Source: a virus (lineage: Duplodnaviria > Heunggongvirae > Uroviricota > Caudoviricetes). Taken from it: a DNA stretch of 64,000 nucleotides. The stretch is from IMG/VR virus record IMGVR_UViG_3300013426_000013, positions 125,580 through 189,579 of that record. One strand, 5' to 3'. The notes under the pieces are model-generated. The model ran no database searches, was not told the origin of the DNA, and saw only the letters and a list, made by a program, of their open reading frames with translations. Of this stretch, positions 45,499-55,550 are shown piece by piece (positions within the stretch are counted from its first letter, which is position 1; every line of letters begins with the position of its first letter). Position numbers and translations under genes: made by a program.

Positions 45499-47859
45499 TT
45501 ACCTACCTGTAGCTGCAATAGTTGTACTTGTTGACGGAATACCACCAGCAGAAGGACTCTTTTTTGTTTGAATTGTAGTATTAACAAGATTAATACTTTT
45601 ATTTAATTCTATTAACAAATTTTCAACAGTACAGAATTTATCACTAATTACTTGCGTGTTTTCTGATGAAGTCTTAACCATTTCTGCTGTAATTGCTGCT
45701 GTTGGTACTTGCACTTGAGGCACATAGTTAGACACCTGCCCTGTTACATTATTTACAATGTCTTGAGGTGTCTGATTTAGATTTAACGCTGAAGTTTGTT
45801 TGATTTCTGCTGCAACAACAGGTCTATCAAAATAATCTCTAGCTGATACTTCTCCACTACGTATTGCTATTTCATCGTCGATGACTTGTTTTAATAAATT
45901 TCTCTCTTCGCCCCTAACCTTGCCGGATCTATACAAAGCTTCTAAAGCATCAACCCCTTGTAAACCTTCACTCCCGAACTTTTTATAGGCCATTTGTTGA
46001 TATTTGTTTAACAAAATCCCATGGTCATATGCTTTCATAGCACTTTCCAATTGAGCATCAGATAGAATTGCTGTATCCTTCTTCTTCAACTCTTCAATCA
46101 TTTGCTCTTTTGTCAATTTTCTACCTTTCATATCAGCAAACTCTTCGACTGATATGTCTTTTTTCGTTGCTTTTGTTAACTCCTTCATTTCTGTTGCATC
46201 AGAACGAGCACCTTCTAGACTCTTATTTACAGCCTCTTCGTGTTTTCTTTTTTCTTCTTCTAATTTTCTGTTTAAATACCACTGCAATAAACCATTAACA
46301 GCTTCTATTAAAAGAGCATACGCACGGAATTGTGGAATCACTGTTGCCAATGCATCTGTAACACCTAGAACGCCATGATTTAACATTCCTAACGAATCAT
46401 TAGCATCCATCGCCTTCTTAAATTCATATGCATGATATGCTGTCAAACCTGCAAATGTCGCAGCCCCTATTAACTTACTGCCTTTCATTACAAGTTTTAC
46501 TACAGCAGATAATGTTGATAAATTACCCAATATACCTTTTACACCGACGAATACTATTCCTAAAGCTTTTAATATGTCTTTCCAGTTGTTTTCGAAAGAA
46601 AACGTTCCATCTTTAATACTTGTTGCTAAATTTTTAAAAGGCGTTGTTATGAAATCTTTTAGCCATGCTTTAAACTGGTCACCTGAAAAATACAACGCAA
46701 CCAAACCTAAAGTTGATACTAAACCCTTCTTAAATAGTGCAAATATTTCTTTCCACGAATCTGAACGTGTTTTTTCAGAGACATCTTTTGTGGCTATCTT
46801 TCTACCAAACATATCTGAATATGTTTTTTCATGAGCAATCTCCGCACCAGTCTTTTTAACTGGGAGCAAAGATTGAAACATATTACTAATAGAATTTGTA
46901 AATTTAGCAAACATACCTTGTTGCTTTTCTTGTACAACAACCTGATCAGATTTTGCTACACTATCTTCACCAAAAATACTTTTTTTATTTTTAGAAGTCC
47001 CGCGCAACAATTCTTTAACGTCAATGTTTTTAAGATCTTCAGTCTTCTTTAGAAGCTTTTCAACGTTAATGGCAGAGTTGTGCAATGCCTTTGTAACCCT
47101 ATCTTCTATCTCCATATTTTTCAATGTTTTGTTTGCTTCTTTTTTTGCAAAAGAAAACATTGAGCTAAATACTGATGTAATGTATGGACCTATACCATCT
47201 TTGCTTAAAACCATTTGCGCTAACGAGCCTAATGCAGGATTAATAGCGCCCATAGCTAATGTTGCGGAAGCTTTGTTTAACCCACCAATTTCTGTTGCGT
47301 GATATGCAGATGCTACTCCTGCCCTTGCTGTATCAGACAATACACTTGTTTTGTTATCTAAAATTTTATCATATTCTTCTAAAGCAGACACAGCTTCTCG
47401 AGTTGCTTTGGCACTTTCTTTTTCAGCCTCAGAAAGCAACTGTTTTCGTTTTTCTTCAGCAGCTTTCCTTGCTTCTTCTTGCTCTTGCTTGTTTCTTTTT
47501 TCGGCTTCACTTTTGATTTTTTCAATGCTTTGCTCAAAAGCCTTATCTAAATTCTCAACAGATTTCTTAAGGTTGTCATATACAGGATCCGTATTAACTT
47601 GAAAAGCTTTACTCATCTCTGATAGCAGTTTTCGCGACATACTTGCTACATCAACAGGTTTGTCATCAAAATTTCCAGTATCTACCCTTTTTGAATTTGT
47701 AGAAGCTTTTTGCGAAATAGCTGAATCATTCGTGCTAACAGTTTTTTCTCCACGAACTACTGCTTGCTCACTTACACGACTGTTATTGCCACGATTATCT
47801 ACATTAACCGTAACATTTTTATCAGTTGAAACGTTAACTGTTTGCTTTGAATCAGCCAT
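45499..47859 (-). CDS. Probable tape-measure protein
   Basis: 786 aa, helical, Ala/Lys-rich with hydrophobic stretches, downstream of chaperone-like genes. Confidence 0.6.
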   Translation of the reverse strand: MADSKQTVNVSTDKNVTVNVDNRGNNSRVSEQAVVRGEKTVSTNDSAISQKASTNSKRVDTGNFDDKPVDVASMSRKLLSEMSKAFQVNTDPVYDNLKKSVENLDKAFEQSIEKIKSEAEKRNKQEQEEARKAAEEKRKQLLSEAEKESAKATREAVSALEEYDKILDNKTSVLSDTARAGVASAYHATEIGGLNKASATLAMGAINPALGSLAQMVLSKDGIGPYITSVFSSMFSFAKKEANKTLKNMEIEDRVTKALHNSAINVEKLLKKTEDLKNIDVKELLRGTSKNKKSIFGEDSVAKSDQVVVQEKQQGMFAKFTNSISNMFQSLLPVKKTGAEIAHEKTYSDMFGRKIATKDVSEKTRSDSWKEIFALFKKGLVSTLGLVALYFSGDQFKAWLKDFITTPFKNLATSIKDGTFSFENNWKDILKALGIVFVGVKGILGNLSTLSAVVKLVMKGSKLIGAATFAGLTAYHAYEFKKAMDANDSLGMLNHGVLGVTDALATVIPQFRAYALLIEAVNGLLQWYLNRKLEEEKRKHEEAVNKSLEGARSDATEMKELTKATKKDISVEEFADMKGRKLTKEQMIEELKKKDTAILSDAQLESAMKAYDHGILLNKYQQMAYKKFGSEGLQGVDALEALYRSGKVRGEERNLLKQVIDDEIAIRSGEVSARDYFDRPVVAAEIKQTSALNLNQTPQDIVNNVTGQVSNYVPQVQVPTAAITAEMVKTSSENTQVISDKFCTVENLLIELNKSINLVNTTIQTKKSPSAGGIPSTSTTIAATGR

Positions 47860-47868
47860 TTCGCACCT

Positions 47869-48066
47869 TTAAATAAACGACTCGGTCTGGAACTTGCCTG
47901 CACCTTCTGCTTGTTCTTGCATCTGTTCCAAAGTTTTTAAAGTTTTTTCATGTCGTTTATAGAACCAATAAAGTTCACGAATTGACATGTTTTCTAATTC
48001 AACCAGCTGTTGTTTTAGTTGATACGCTAGGAAGTATTCTATCTCTAATAAATCGCTTGGATTCAC
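47869..48066 (-). CDS. Tail assembly chaperone, small part
   Basis: LENMSIRELYWFYKRHE pattern immediately before the tape measure. Confidence 0.6.
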   Translation of the reverse strand: MNPSDLLEIEYFLAYQLKQQLVELENMSIRELYWFYKRHEKTLKTLEQMQEQAEGAGKFQTESFI

Positions 48067-48790
48067 TAGGTTGAAAGAATGATGTGATGTCGAGAGGTTC
48101 CTCTACAATCACTTCCTCCTTGCAATGTTCACAAACAAATTTATATGTATCTTTTACACCCCATGTAAACTCTTTCCTAAATGCGGAAATAACCATCAAG
48201 TCACTCGGTGTAAATTTACCTTCATTATATGCTTTGAAGAGTTCTTCAATATCAATCCCATTAACTTTATTTCTAAATAGGTTTAGATCAAGCAATATAG
48301 ATCGCATATCCAGATTATCTGTGGCGACATTATGCTTTTTCAACATTGCTTCAGTAATAAATTCATCACCAATTTTTGGTGCACGAATATACAACCCATT
48401 GGGGTAGTTGTCAAAAGGAAGTAAAATTCCACCCTCTTCAGTCAACTCTTCAGGAACATCATCAATCATTAAATTATTTGAATTAACACATTGTACGTTA
48501 TGTTGATTACAATGATAACATGTAAAACCAACTTGATGTGGAAAATCAGAAAATGATTTTAAACGAAACCAATGAATGAGATATTTGAAATCATCAAAAT
48601 ACATTTGGTTAATATCAATACTAATATTTTCACCTAACAATTTAATGATACCACGAATATCTGCTGTAACAGAGAGACGCTGTAACGTCTTTGCTTGTAA
48701 TGTTGTTAAATCTTTTGCATAAATTTCAGACTCATACAAACGTTCACCAGGAACACGTACAACTTCCGCATTACTTAAGCTTGTTAACAT
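47999..48790 (-). CDS. Tail assembly chaperone / baseplate hub protein (T4 gp26-like)
   Basis: FTCYHC and FVCEHC zinc motifs; IRAPKIGDE; LDITSFF. Confidence 0.7.
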   Translation of the reverse strand: MLTSLSNAEVVRVPGERLYESEIYAKDLTTLQAKTLQRLSVTADIRGIIKLLGENISIDINQMYFDDFKYLIHWFRLKSFSDFPHQVGFTCYHCNQHNVQCVNSNNLMIDDVPEELTEEGGILLPFDNYPNGLYIRAPKIGDEFITEAMLKKHNVATDNLDMRSILLDLNLFRNKVNGIDIEELFKAYNEGKFTPSDLMVISAFRKEFTWGVKDTYKFVCEHCKEEVIVEEPLDITSFFQPSESKRFIRDRILPSVSTKTTAG

Positions 48791-48848
48791 AGAAAAACCT
48801 TTCAAATAGCTTTAAAAACACTACTTGAAAGAACTTTATAAAAAAATC

Positions 48849-49676
48849 TTAACCTACGAAGCGGCTGACAATTGATCCTATTGAACCATATTGGGACAAC
48901 ACGTTTCCTGTAAAATTGTTCGAAATTAGATCTAGCGTCTGCCCGGCAACTAAAGGTTCAGCTGTAATGTTGTCACACATAAAAGTAATAGTTACCTTTA
49001 TTCGATCTTCTTTATGATCACCTTTAAAAGATAATGAACTTAAATTTTTTGGATATACACCTTTAAATTTTATTAAATAAACAGGTAAAACAGACTTCAT
49101 ACCCAATAAATACAAATAAACTGGTTTTTTGTAATCACTTTGATAACCTACTAATTGATCATCCTGTACAACCATTCTACGCCATGTTTGAAAATATGAA
49201 ATGATCGTGGCTGTGTTGTCACAATAAAATTCTGCTGAAAAAGTCGAAGAAGTTGAAACATGTGTAGGAAGGTTAATAGATGATCGACTTAACTTAAGTT
49301 GTACACTTTCTACATTTGGAAGTGTAAAATTAATGTTTTCACAAATTGGGTTATATGAAAACCATTTTGCGTTCCCACTCTCTTGATGGTCACCTGTAGT
49401 GATACCATTTAATGAACTTTTACCTTGTTTTGTATCATACGAGTCACCATTCAAACCACCTGTCGGCACCATAATAGATGGGAAAATTGCTTCCCACTGT
49501 GCTGTTTTTAAAGGATCAGGAAGGTTTGATACATCTTGAGGTGTCGGGAACCTTCTCAACACTTGCGAAACACCACCAATAGCATTAGTGAAAGCTTTTG
49601 ACGAGGTTACCTTGCCAATAGTTTCATTAACCTTTTTGGTAATATTCTTTATTGCTTTAAAAGACCCGACACCCAT
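48849..49676 (-). CDS. Tail-tube-like protein 2 (gp19/gp54-like fold)
   Basis: YFQTWRRMV...YQSDYKK, FKGVYPKNLSSLSF, VTITFMCD. Confidence 0.75.
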   Translation of the reverse strand: MGVGSFKAIKNITKKVNETIGKVTSSKAFTNAIGGVSQVLRRFPTPQDVSNLPDPLKTAQWEAIFPSIMVPTGGLNGDSYDTKQGKSSLNGITTGDHQESGNAKWFSYNPICENINFTLPNVESVQLKLSRSSINLPTHVSTSSTFSAEFYCDNTATIISYFQTWRRMVVQDDQLVGYQSDYKKPVYLYLLGMKSVLPVYLIKFKGVYPKNLSSLSFKGDHKEDRIKVTITFMCDNITAEPLVAGQTLDLISNNFTGNVLSQYGSIGSIVSRFVG

Positions 49677-49681
49677 TTATT

Positions 49682-50188
49682 TTAATCCCACCAGTCAAAC
49701 TGCCATGTCACTGAAAGTTTTAAAGCGTCTTTTGACATTGGATTAAAGCTTAAATCGCCTGTTTGTACTGGCCATGCACGACGCAATTTACGAGTTTTAA
49801 CAGGTTCAAGTTTTGCATTTAACAAACGAACCGTTACATCAACTTTATATTCAGTTGAATAACCAGTAATTCCAGTATCAAGATCATGCATTAAGTTTAA
49901 CCAACTTTGGAAACGATTCAGCATATCAGCATCCTGCGTTTCAATAACATCAGTTTTCCATGTACCTTCACGATGCTTTAAACCAGCATCAGTACGAGTG
50001 TTGCCGCTAATTCCCATGCTGATCTTATCAACAGTTTCGCCAGGGTATGTATATGACTGAACACGCAATTCAAACTGCTGACCATCAATACCTTTATCAC
50101 CTAAAAGGTTTTCAAAGACAAGATCAAACAAGTAACCTTTGGCTGGATCAGTCATTTGTAATGTTTCTTCTATAGGATGAACTCCCAT
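49682..50188 (-). CDS. Tail tube protein (T4 gp19-like)
   Basis: FQSWLNLM, YSTEYKVD, RAWPVQTGDLSF, LSVTWQFDWW; directly after the sheath gene. Confidence 0.85.
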   Translation of the reverse strand: MGVHPIEETLQMTDPAKGYLFDLVFENLLGDKGIDGQQFELRVQSYTYPGETVDKISMGISGNTRTDAGLKHREGTWKTDVIETQDADMLNRFQSWLNLMHDLDTGITGYSTEYKVDVTVRLLNAKLEPVKTRKLRRAWPVQTGDLSFNPMSKDALKLSVTWQFDWWD

Positions 50189-50207
50189 AATAAACCTCCA
50201 ATTTAAT

Positions 50208-50244
50208 GTGTGATGCTTTGATGTTATCTCTGCATCACACTTTT
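50208..50244. terminator. Hairpin between sheath and tube genes
   Basis: GTGTGATGC / GCATCACAC stem. Confidence 0.55.
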
Positions 50245-50246
50245 AA

Positions 50247-53165
50247 TTAACCAACAATGCCAATAGTCGCATCAGCACGTTGAACAACAGTATTGAGTTT
50301 AATGAATTCAGCAGCATATTCAGGCTGAATATAAATATCAATATACATCTGATTGTTCATACGTACTTCAGGTGTATTGTTTGTTTCGTCACAAACAACC
50401 TTAAAGTCATATAAACCGCCAGCAGCTTTAATTGGTGCTAACCAAGCTTCGAACTGCATTGTGATTTGTGCACGACGATATGCTGTGTTTTGTTCAAACA
50501 AATGCCATTTAGCGGCTTCACGCAGTGATGTTTCAATGTAAATAACCATACGTGTTACATTGATACGATCAAGTGCTGAAGGTTTAAATTGCAATGTTTT
50601 CTGACCCCAAATCAAATACATACCATTCGTTTTACGTATATAATTGACGCCAGATGAATAAACGCTACCCTGTTCTTCAGTAGCGTATTCATATGTCAAG
50701 CCAACAGGTGTTAACGCAGCACAAGCAACAACACCATTATTCATACCAGCAGGGGCAATCCAAACACCACGGTTCTGGTCTGTTCTGGCAATAACGCCGC
50801 AAGCAAAACCAGAAGGAGGTAGAGGAACTTCATTTACACCAGTAAAGGAATCGTAAACTTTAACCCACGGCGTATACAAAGCAGCACGATATGAATCAAT
50901 GCCTAAAGTGTTTTTACGATAGTTTTCAACATCTTGATTTGCACCAGATTTGACACAATCAATTGGTGTATCAAACACGCAGAAACAGTCACGACGCGCA
51001 TTAGCAATTTCCAACATTTTCTGTTTTACAACAGAAATGTTTTCAGAGCTATATGCACATTCCATCAACAAATTAACAGTAACCTGATCACGTTCACGGA
51101 ATAATTCCCAACCGCTTGCCACTGTTGACAAATCAACAGCTTCTTCAGTGCTACCACCAGTTAATTTACCAGTTGTAACAGAAGTCATGCGAGGGAATGG
51201 ACATTTACCATCAACCATTAATTCTTCATTAACAACAACAGAAATGTTTTCTGATTTGCCGTTAATTTTTGAAGTAATTTGTGTCTGAACGCCATAACCG
51301 TCAACATTGCTGTACATTGTGCAATCGTTAAAGCTTTCAAGCAACAGATAGTCACCGTCTTCAACACGATAAACGAAAACATCAAATTTACGTTCATCAT
51401 TTGCTGGCGCTTTAACCCAACGCAATTTCATTCCAGAAATTGTATCTTCAGAAGTGTCTGAAGGTTTTTCATTCAGAACATAGCTGAAAGCATTGGTTTC
51501 ATTTACAATCGGATTTGTGTCCTTTGTATAAATGAATTCACCCATACCGGCAATCACATAGGGTTGCAGTAACAATGGATCGTGGAACAATTTAGTTTCA
51601 GTTCCAACAAACTGCTTCAAGACAAGATTTTCTTCGCTATCTAAAACGCAAGTATACTTGCCAGACAACGCTTCACCATCTTCAGCAAATTCATCGTCAT
51701 CAACTAAATCTTTTAATTCAGGATCGTTGTATACTTTTGAACCTGCTTCAACAAACTTATATTTACCTGTGTAAATAAAGAATGTTGACATTTCATCTTC
51801 GTAATTAGAAGTTCCGCCCCAAATACCAGTTGTAGGTACCCACTGCTTTTCATCTTCCAAATACTTGAATTCGGCATCAGAACCATACGCAACATTGCTA
51901 ACCATAAAGCGACGCGCACCAATCTGACCTAAATCTTCCCATTCACTAACTGTATATGTGGATTCAATAGGTTCAGCACTAACAGGTGTACGATAAATAG
52001 CATTACCTTCACAGTCTTCAAGTGTTGATTTTGAATCGTCAGCTTTTACAAAGAAGATACCAGGAACTGATGAATCACGTGAAATGACAGGAATAAACCA
52101 ACCATCACTGACTGAAGTAATTGTTTGAGCTTCAGCACGATCAGCATGAACATAAACAGGTTCACCTAAATCATCTTTAGTTGAACGCGTCGACAGTTTC
52201 GCAAATCGATAATCATAATTGACAGTCGGTTCTTCAACATAACGTGTTGCTTCTCCATCTGCACGTAACACTTCAGCAACTTTTTTACCAGCTGGTTTTG
52301 CTACATAATATTTTGTAACTTCACCATCTTTGTAATTGTTGTTTTCACGAACAGCATAACACGTTGAACCATTGACGGAAACTGCTGATACTTTAAATGT
52401 ACCATTAAAAGCATCTAAAGGTGCTTTAGAAATGATTACCTTATCTCCAGCAGATAATCCATGTTCAAGGGTTCCTGTATTAACCGTTGCCGTATATTTA
52501 TGTTTCGTAACATTGTCTGAATCCAAAACGGCTTCATCCAACAATGAAACTGAAACAGCCTGTTTGTTCGCAGGGATAATAGTAGTCTCTGACATCTGAA
52601 CACGGATGTCTTCTTCATTTGGGTTTTCACCAACAAACGCTAAAGCTGTATTCTTGTCGATGACAGGGTTACCATCATCATCTAAAATTTGGATACGTGT
52701 TTTCTTTGAAGGATCAGACGGATCAACTTCGTACTGATAATGACCATCAATAATTGAATATTGATAGAAAAACGTTTGAGCCGCACCTGTATCGCTATCT
52801 TGATCAACAGCTTTCTTAACCTCATTCAAAGAATAACCGTCAAGAAACTTTTCAAATTCACCATCTTCAACAGGTACTTTTAACCCGCTGTGACGTGAAT
52901 CTTCTGAACAGACACGAACAACATATGCCTCACCCGCATCTGACATGGCGCAAGTCATACAATGACCCAAATAACCATATTTTAAATCAGGTGTACCATA
53001 AATGTTCTGGTATGCAGCAGCTGACGTAATGTACTTTCGTTTAAAGACTGAACCTCTACGAGCTTCACCAACAGCACCAATAATAGACGTAGATGCATTT
53101 TCTGTAATCTGCGACAAATCAGTAATTTCAGGAAATACTCCAGGATACTTGCCAATAACTGACAT
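50247..53165 (-). CDS. Contractile tail sheath protein (972 aa)
   Basis: YPGVFPEITDLS; RAALYTPW; PPSGFACG; VWIAPAG; IWGQKTL; LDRINVTR; DETNNTPE. Confidence 0.95.
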   Translation of the reverse strand: MSVIGKYPGVFPEITDLSQITENASTSIIGAVGEARRGSVFKRKYITSAAAYQNIYGTPDLKYGYLGHCMTCAMSDAGEAYVVRVCSEDSRHSGLKVPVEDGEFEKFLDGYSLNEVKKAVDQDSDTGAAQTFFYQYSIIDGHYQYEVDPSDPSKKTRIQILDDDGNPVIDKNTALAFVGENPNEEDIRVQMSETTIIPANKQAVSVSLLDEAVLDSDNVTKHKYTATVNTGTLEHGLSAGDKVIISKAPLDAFNGTFKVSAVSVNGSTCYAVRENNNYKDGEVTKYYVAKPAGKKVAEVLRADGEATRYVEEPTVNYDYRFAKLSTRSTKDDLGEPVYVHADRAEAQTITSVSDGWFIPVISRDSSVPGIFFVKADDSKSTLEDCEGNAIYRTPVSAEPIESTYTVSEWEDLGQIGARRFMVSNVAYGSDAEFKYLEDEKQWVPTTGIWGGTSNYEDEMSTFFIYTGKYKFVEAGSKVYNDPELKDLVDDDEFAEDGEALSGKYTCVLDSEENLVLKQFVGTETKLFHDPLLLQPYVIAGMGEFIYTKDTNPIVNETNAFSYVLNEKPSDTSEDTISGMKLRWVKAPANDERKFDVFVYRVEDGDYLLLESFNDCTMYSNVDGYGVQTQITSKINGKSENISVVVNEELMVDGKCPFPRMTSVTTGKLTGGSTEEAVDLSTVASGWELFRERDQVTVNLLMECAYSSENISVVKQKMLEIANARRDCFCVFDTPIDCVKSGANQDVENYRKNTLGIDSYRAALYTPWVKVYDSFTGVNEVPLPPSGFACGVIARTDQNRGVWIAPAGMNNGVVACAALTPVGLTYEYATEEQGSVYSSGVNYIRKTNGMYLIWGQKTLQFKPSALDRINVTRMVIYIETSLREAAKWHLFEQNTAYRRAQITMQFEAWLAPIKAAGGLYDFKVVCDETNNTPEVRMNNQMYIDIYIQPEYAAEFIKLNTVVQRADATIGIVG

Positions 53166-53344
53166 TGTATATTTCTCCCATTACTTCTTTTTGCTATTAG
53201 TTTCTTTAACAACGCGCACGCCATCGGGAAGATTCTTTAAGTCTTCATTGATGACGACAGTTGCTTTCGCAGGAATTGCATAAATCCGATCCGGATTTTT
53301 TGAAGAGGCCACAAAGACTTGAACTTTGTTCGAATTGTAATATT

Positions 53345-54064
53345 TCATTTGATCTCTCCTGTTTCAGACACTGAATAATTTTTAATACCAGAGTATTGTG
53401 TGTTAACCTGTACGACGAGAGGATTATCAACAGGCTCATCCAATAGATGTCCCCACACGTCAACAGAAAAACCTAACAAATAGATATAACCGCTACCACC
53501 TACTTTTTCTGATACAGACGGAACCGTATTGATTACCGGCATATTGATAAAGTATGTGAAGTTACATTCTACACCGTCAACAAGTTTAGATTGCCATGTA
53601 TGACAAAACTCACGATGTAAACATCTCAAAGAAATTTTATCTTGATAATATCTAATCGCTTTAAATGTTTCATCCCAAATAGAAACAGTATACTTTGTTT
53701 GAAAAGATTTCATTAAAGAAACTGTTTGTCTTGGGTCAAAACCTGTTTTGTCAGTATTGATAACTAAACCAGCTTCATTGACACGGTTACCCATAGCATG
53801 GTCAACAGATTCAAAAGACTTATCCGGCGAAAAAGCAATGAACGGAAATGATAATGACGATTTATCAGATTGTAACTGTACTGACATCTTGATTTCATCT
53901 ACAGAATCTGAAGTCGTCATAAAAATGCGGTCCAAATTCCATAACTGATTTCCAGTATTATCAACCCGTTTATCCGCAACAAGAATCATATCTAACAAGA
54001 CATTTTTAATCTCGTTATCAACTTCATTCAATGATGAACTAAAATCATTCATGCTACGAGTCAT
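53345..54064 (-). CDS. Probable tail-completion / neck protein
   Basis: Immediately upstream of the sheath gene; SFPFIAFS motif. Confidence 0.5.
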   Translation of the reverse strand: MTRSMNDFSSSLNEVDNEIKNVLLDMILVADKRVDNTGNQLWNLDRIFMTTSDSVDEIKMSVQLQSDKSSLSFPFIAFSPDKSFESVDHAMGNRVNEAGLVINTDKTGFDPRQTVSLMKSFQTKYTVSIWDETFKAIRYYQDKISLRCLHREFCHTWQSKLVDGVECNFTYFINMPVINTVPSVSEKVGGSGYIYLLGFSVDVWGHLLDEPVDNPLVVQVNTQYSGIKNYSVSETGEIK

Positions 54065-54067
54065 TGC

Positions 54068-54328
54068 TTATTCAACCAAAACCTGAATCTTTTTATCTTT
54101 ACCTTTCGTGTATCGAGCCGTCGGTGATTTTCCACCTTTAAGCCATTCTTTAACAACCAGAATGTGAAAATGTACATATTGATTATGAGTCTTTTTAAAA
54201 GCTTCACAAGAGCATTTGTACCCTGACACATCACGAGTTACTAAATATGTTCCTAATTCATGTCCGTCTCTGTCTTTAGCATCAACGAAAAAACCACTAG
54301 CTGTTTCTCTTACACGATAAATAATCAT
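54068..54328 (-). CDS. Small SWIM-like zinc-finger protein
   Basis: YKCSCEAF...HFH. Confidence 0.45.
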   Translation of the reverse strand: MIIYRVRETASGFFVDAKDRDGHELGTYLVTRDVSGYKCSCEAFKKTHNQYVHFHILVVKEWLKGGKSPTARYTKGKDKKIQVLVE

Positions 54329-54351
54329 TTAGTCTGAACCTTTTCCGATTA

Positions 54352-55368
54352 TTACTTAAAGCAACCGATAACGCTTTCGGCAACATCTTCAGGCATGCCG
54401 CAATCGACAAGAACTTTCTTGCATTTCTTGCAGCTTTCTTCCTGTTTATCGGAATTGATGAATTCATCAACAGCAGATTCAACTTCTTCCTGTTTGTCAT
54501 CAGCAATCAGTTTTTCAAGATCAACTGTACTCTTCAAGTTGATACCTGAATCTTCCAATGCAGCTTTCAATTCTTTAGCGTCTTTAAACGCGCCAGCTTT
54601 GAAAATGACGCCAACGTTTGTCTTCGGATCAAAAATACCGACAACATTTTCACCTTTCTTGGCAACGGCTAATTTATCTTCACCTTCACCTTCGAAATCG
54701 ACATCAGCATCCATAGCTTTAGCATTGTTAATAAACGCATCAGCTGAATCCATTTCATCTTTTTCGTCTTTAGCGGCTTCAGACATAACTTTCAATGTAT
54801 CTAACATTAAAATGTCTTTAGCATATTCAGGGTTGTCACGAATTTCAATCGCTTCAACCAACTGCGCATTCTTCGTTGTAATTTTGTTTTCGAAGATTTT
54901 CTGCATTTTAGCAGCTTCATCAATCTTATGTTCGTTTTTAACAACAGGCAGTTCAACGCCCGCTGATTTCATTTCGAATAAAGATTCTTTACGTTTCTTC
55001 GCATCTTTCAAAGCTGAACGAATTTCATTTGTATCTGAAACAGCTTTGATTAAATCAGATGTAACGATACGCATGTTTTTGGCTTCAACGAAAGTAAATT
55101 TCTGATAGTTGACATCAGACAATTCTTCTTTGCAAGCAACGTTTTTAATCAGTTCACGAGCAATGTCGCAATCTTCAACCAAATATGAATTACGACCGTC
55201 CTGAACGACTAAATTTTCGCCTTCAGCACCTAAAATAACTTCTTCACCCATTAGGAATTTAGCATCTCCTTTACGGGTTTCCAAAGTCATATCTTCCATG
55301 ACAATGAACTTGTCGTTTGTTAAGCCGTTAAGGGCTAATTTATTTTGAGCTTCAATTAAATGACGCAT
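54352..55368 (-). CDS. Acidic protein, possibly head-internal or scaffold
   Basis: 338 aa, Glu/Asp/Lys-rich, strongly biased codon usage. Confidence 0.6.
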   Translation of the reverse strand: MRHLIEAQNKLALNGLTNDKFIVMEDMTLETRKGDAKFLMGEEVILGAEGENLVVQDGRNSYLVEDCDIARELIKNVACKEELSDVNYQKFTFVEAKNMRIVTSDLIKAVSDTNEIRSALKDAKKRKESLFEMKSAGVELPVVKNEHKIDEAAKMQKIFENKITTKNAQLVEAIEIRDNPEYAKDILMLDTLKVMSEAAKDEKDEMDSADAFINNAKAMDADVDFEGEGEDKLAVAKKGENVVGIFDPKTNVGVIFKAGAFKDAKELKAALEDSGINLKSTVDLEKLIADDKQEEVESAVDEFINSDKQEESCKKCKKVLVDCGMPEDVAESVIGCFK

Positions 55369-55550
55369 AATAAAAAAACTCCGGTTATTATGTTATTAAC
55401 TACGCAATCACGGCTATACGAACATTAAAGTCCATCAACTAGGTGCCTTCGTAAAATATTTTACGGATTGCATGTCAACTAGATGAGTTTAATCAAATCA
55501 AACTCATTGCTATTAAGACCGTTAATTTATTATGTCAAATAAACATAAAT

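Noticed and set aside
54395-55105. 236-aa plus-strand ORF and other antisense ORFs (e.g. 20900-21334, 40109-40396)
   Set aside because: They are shadows of strongly codon-biased genes on the opposite strand, with no motifs or RBS.
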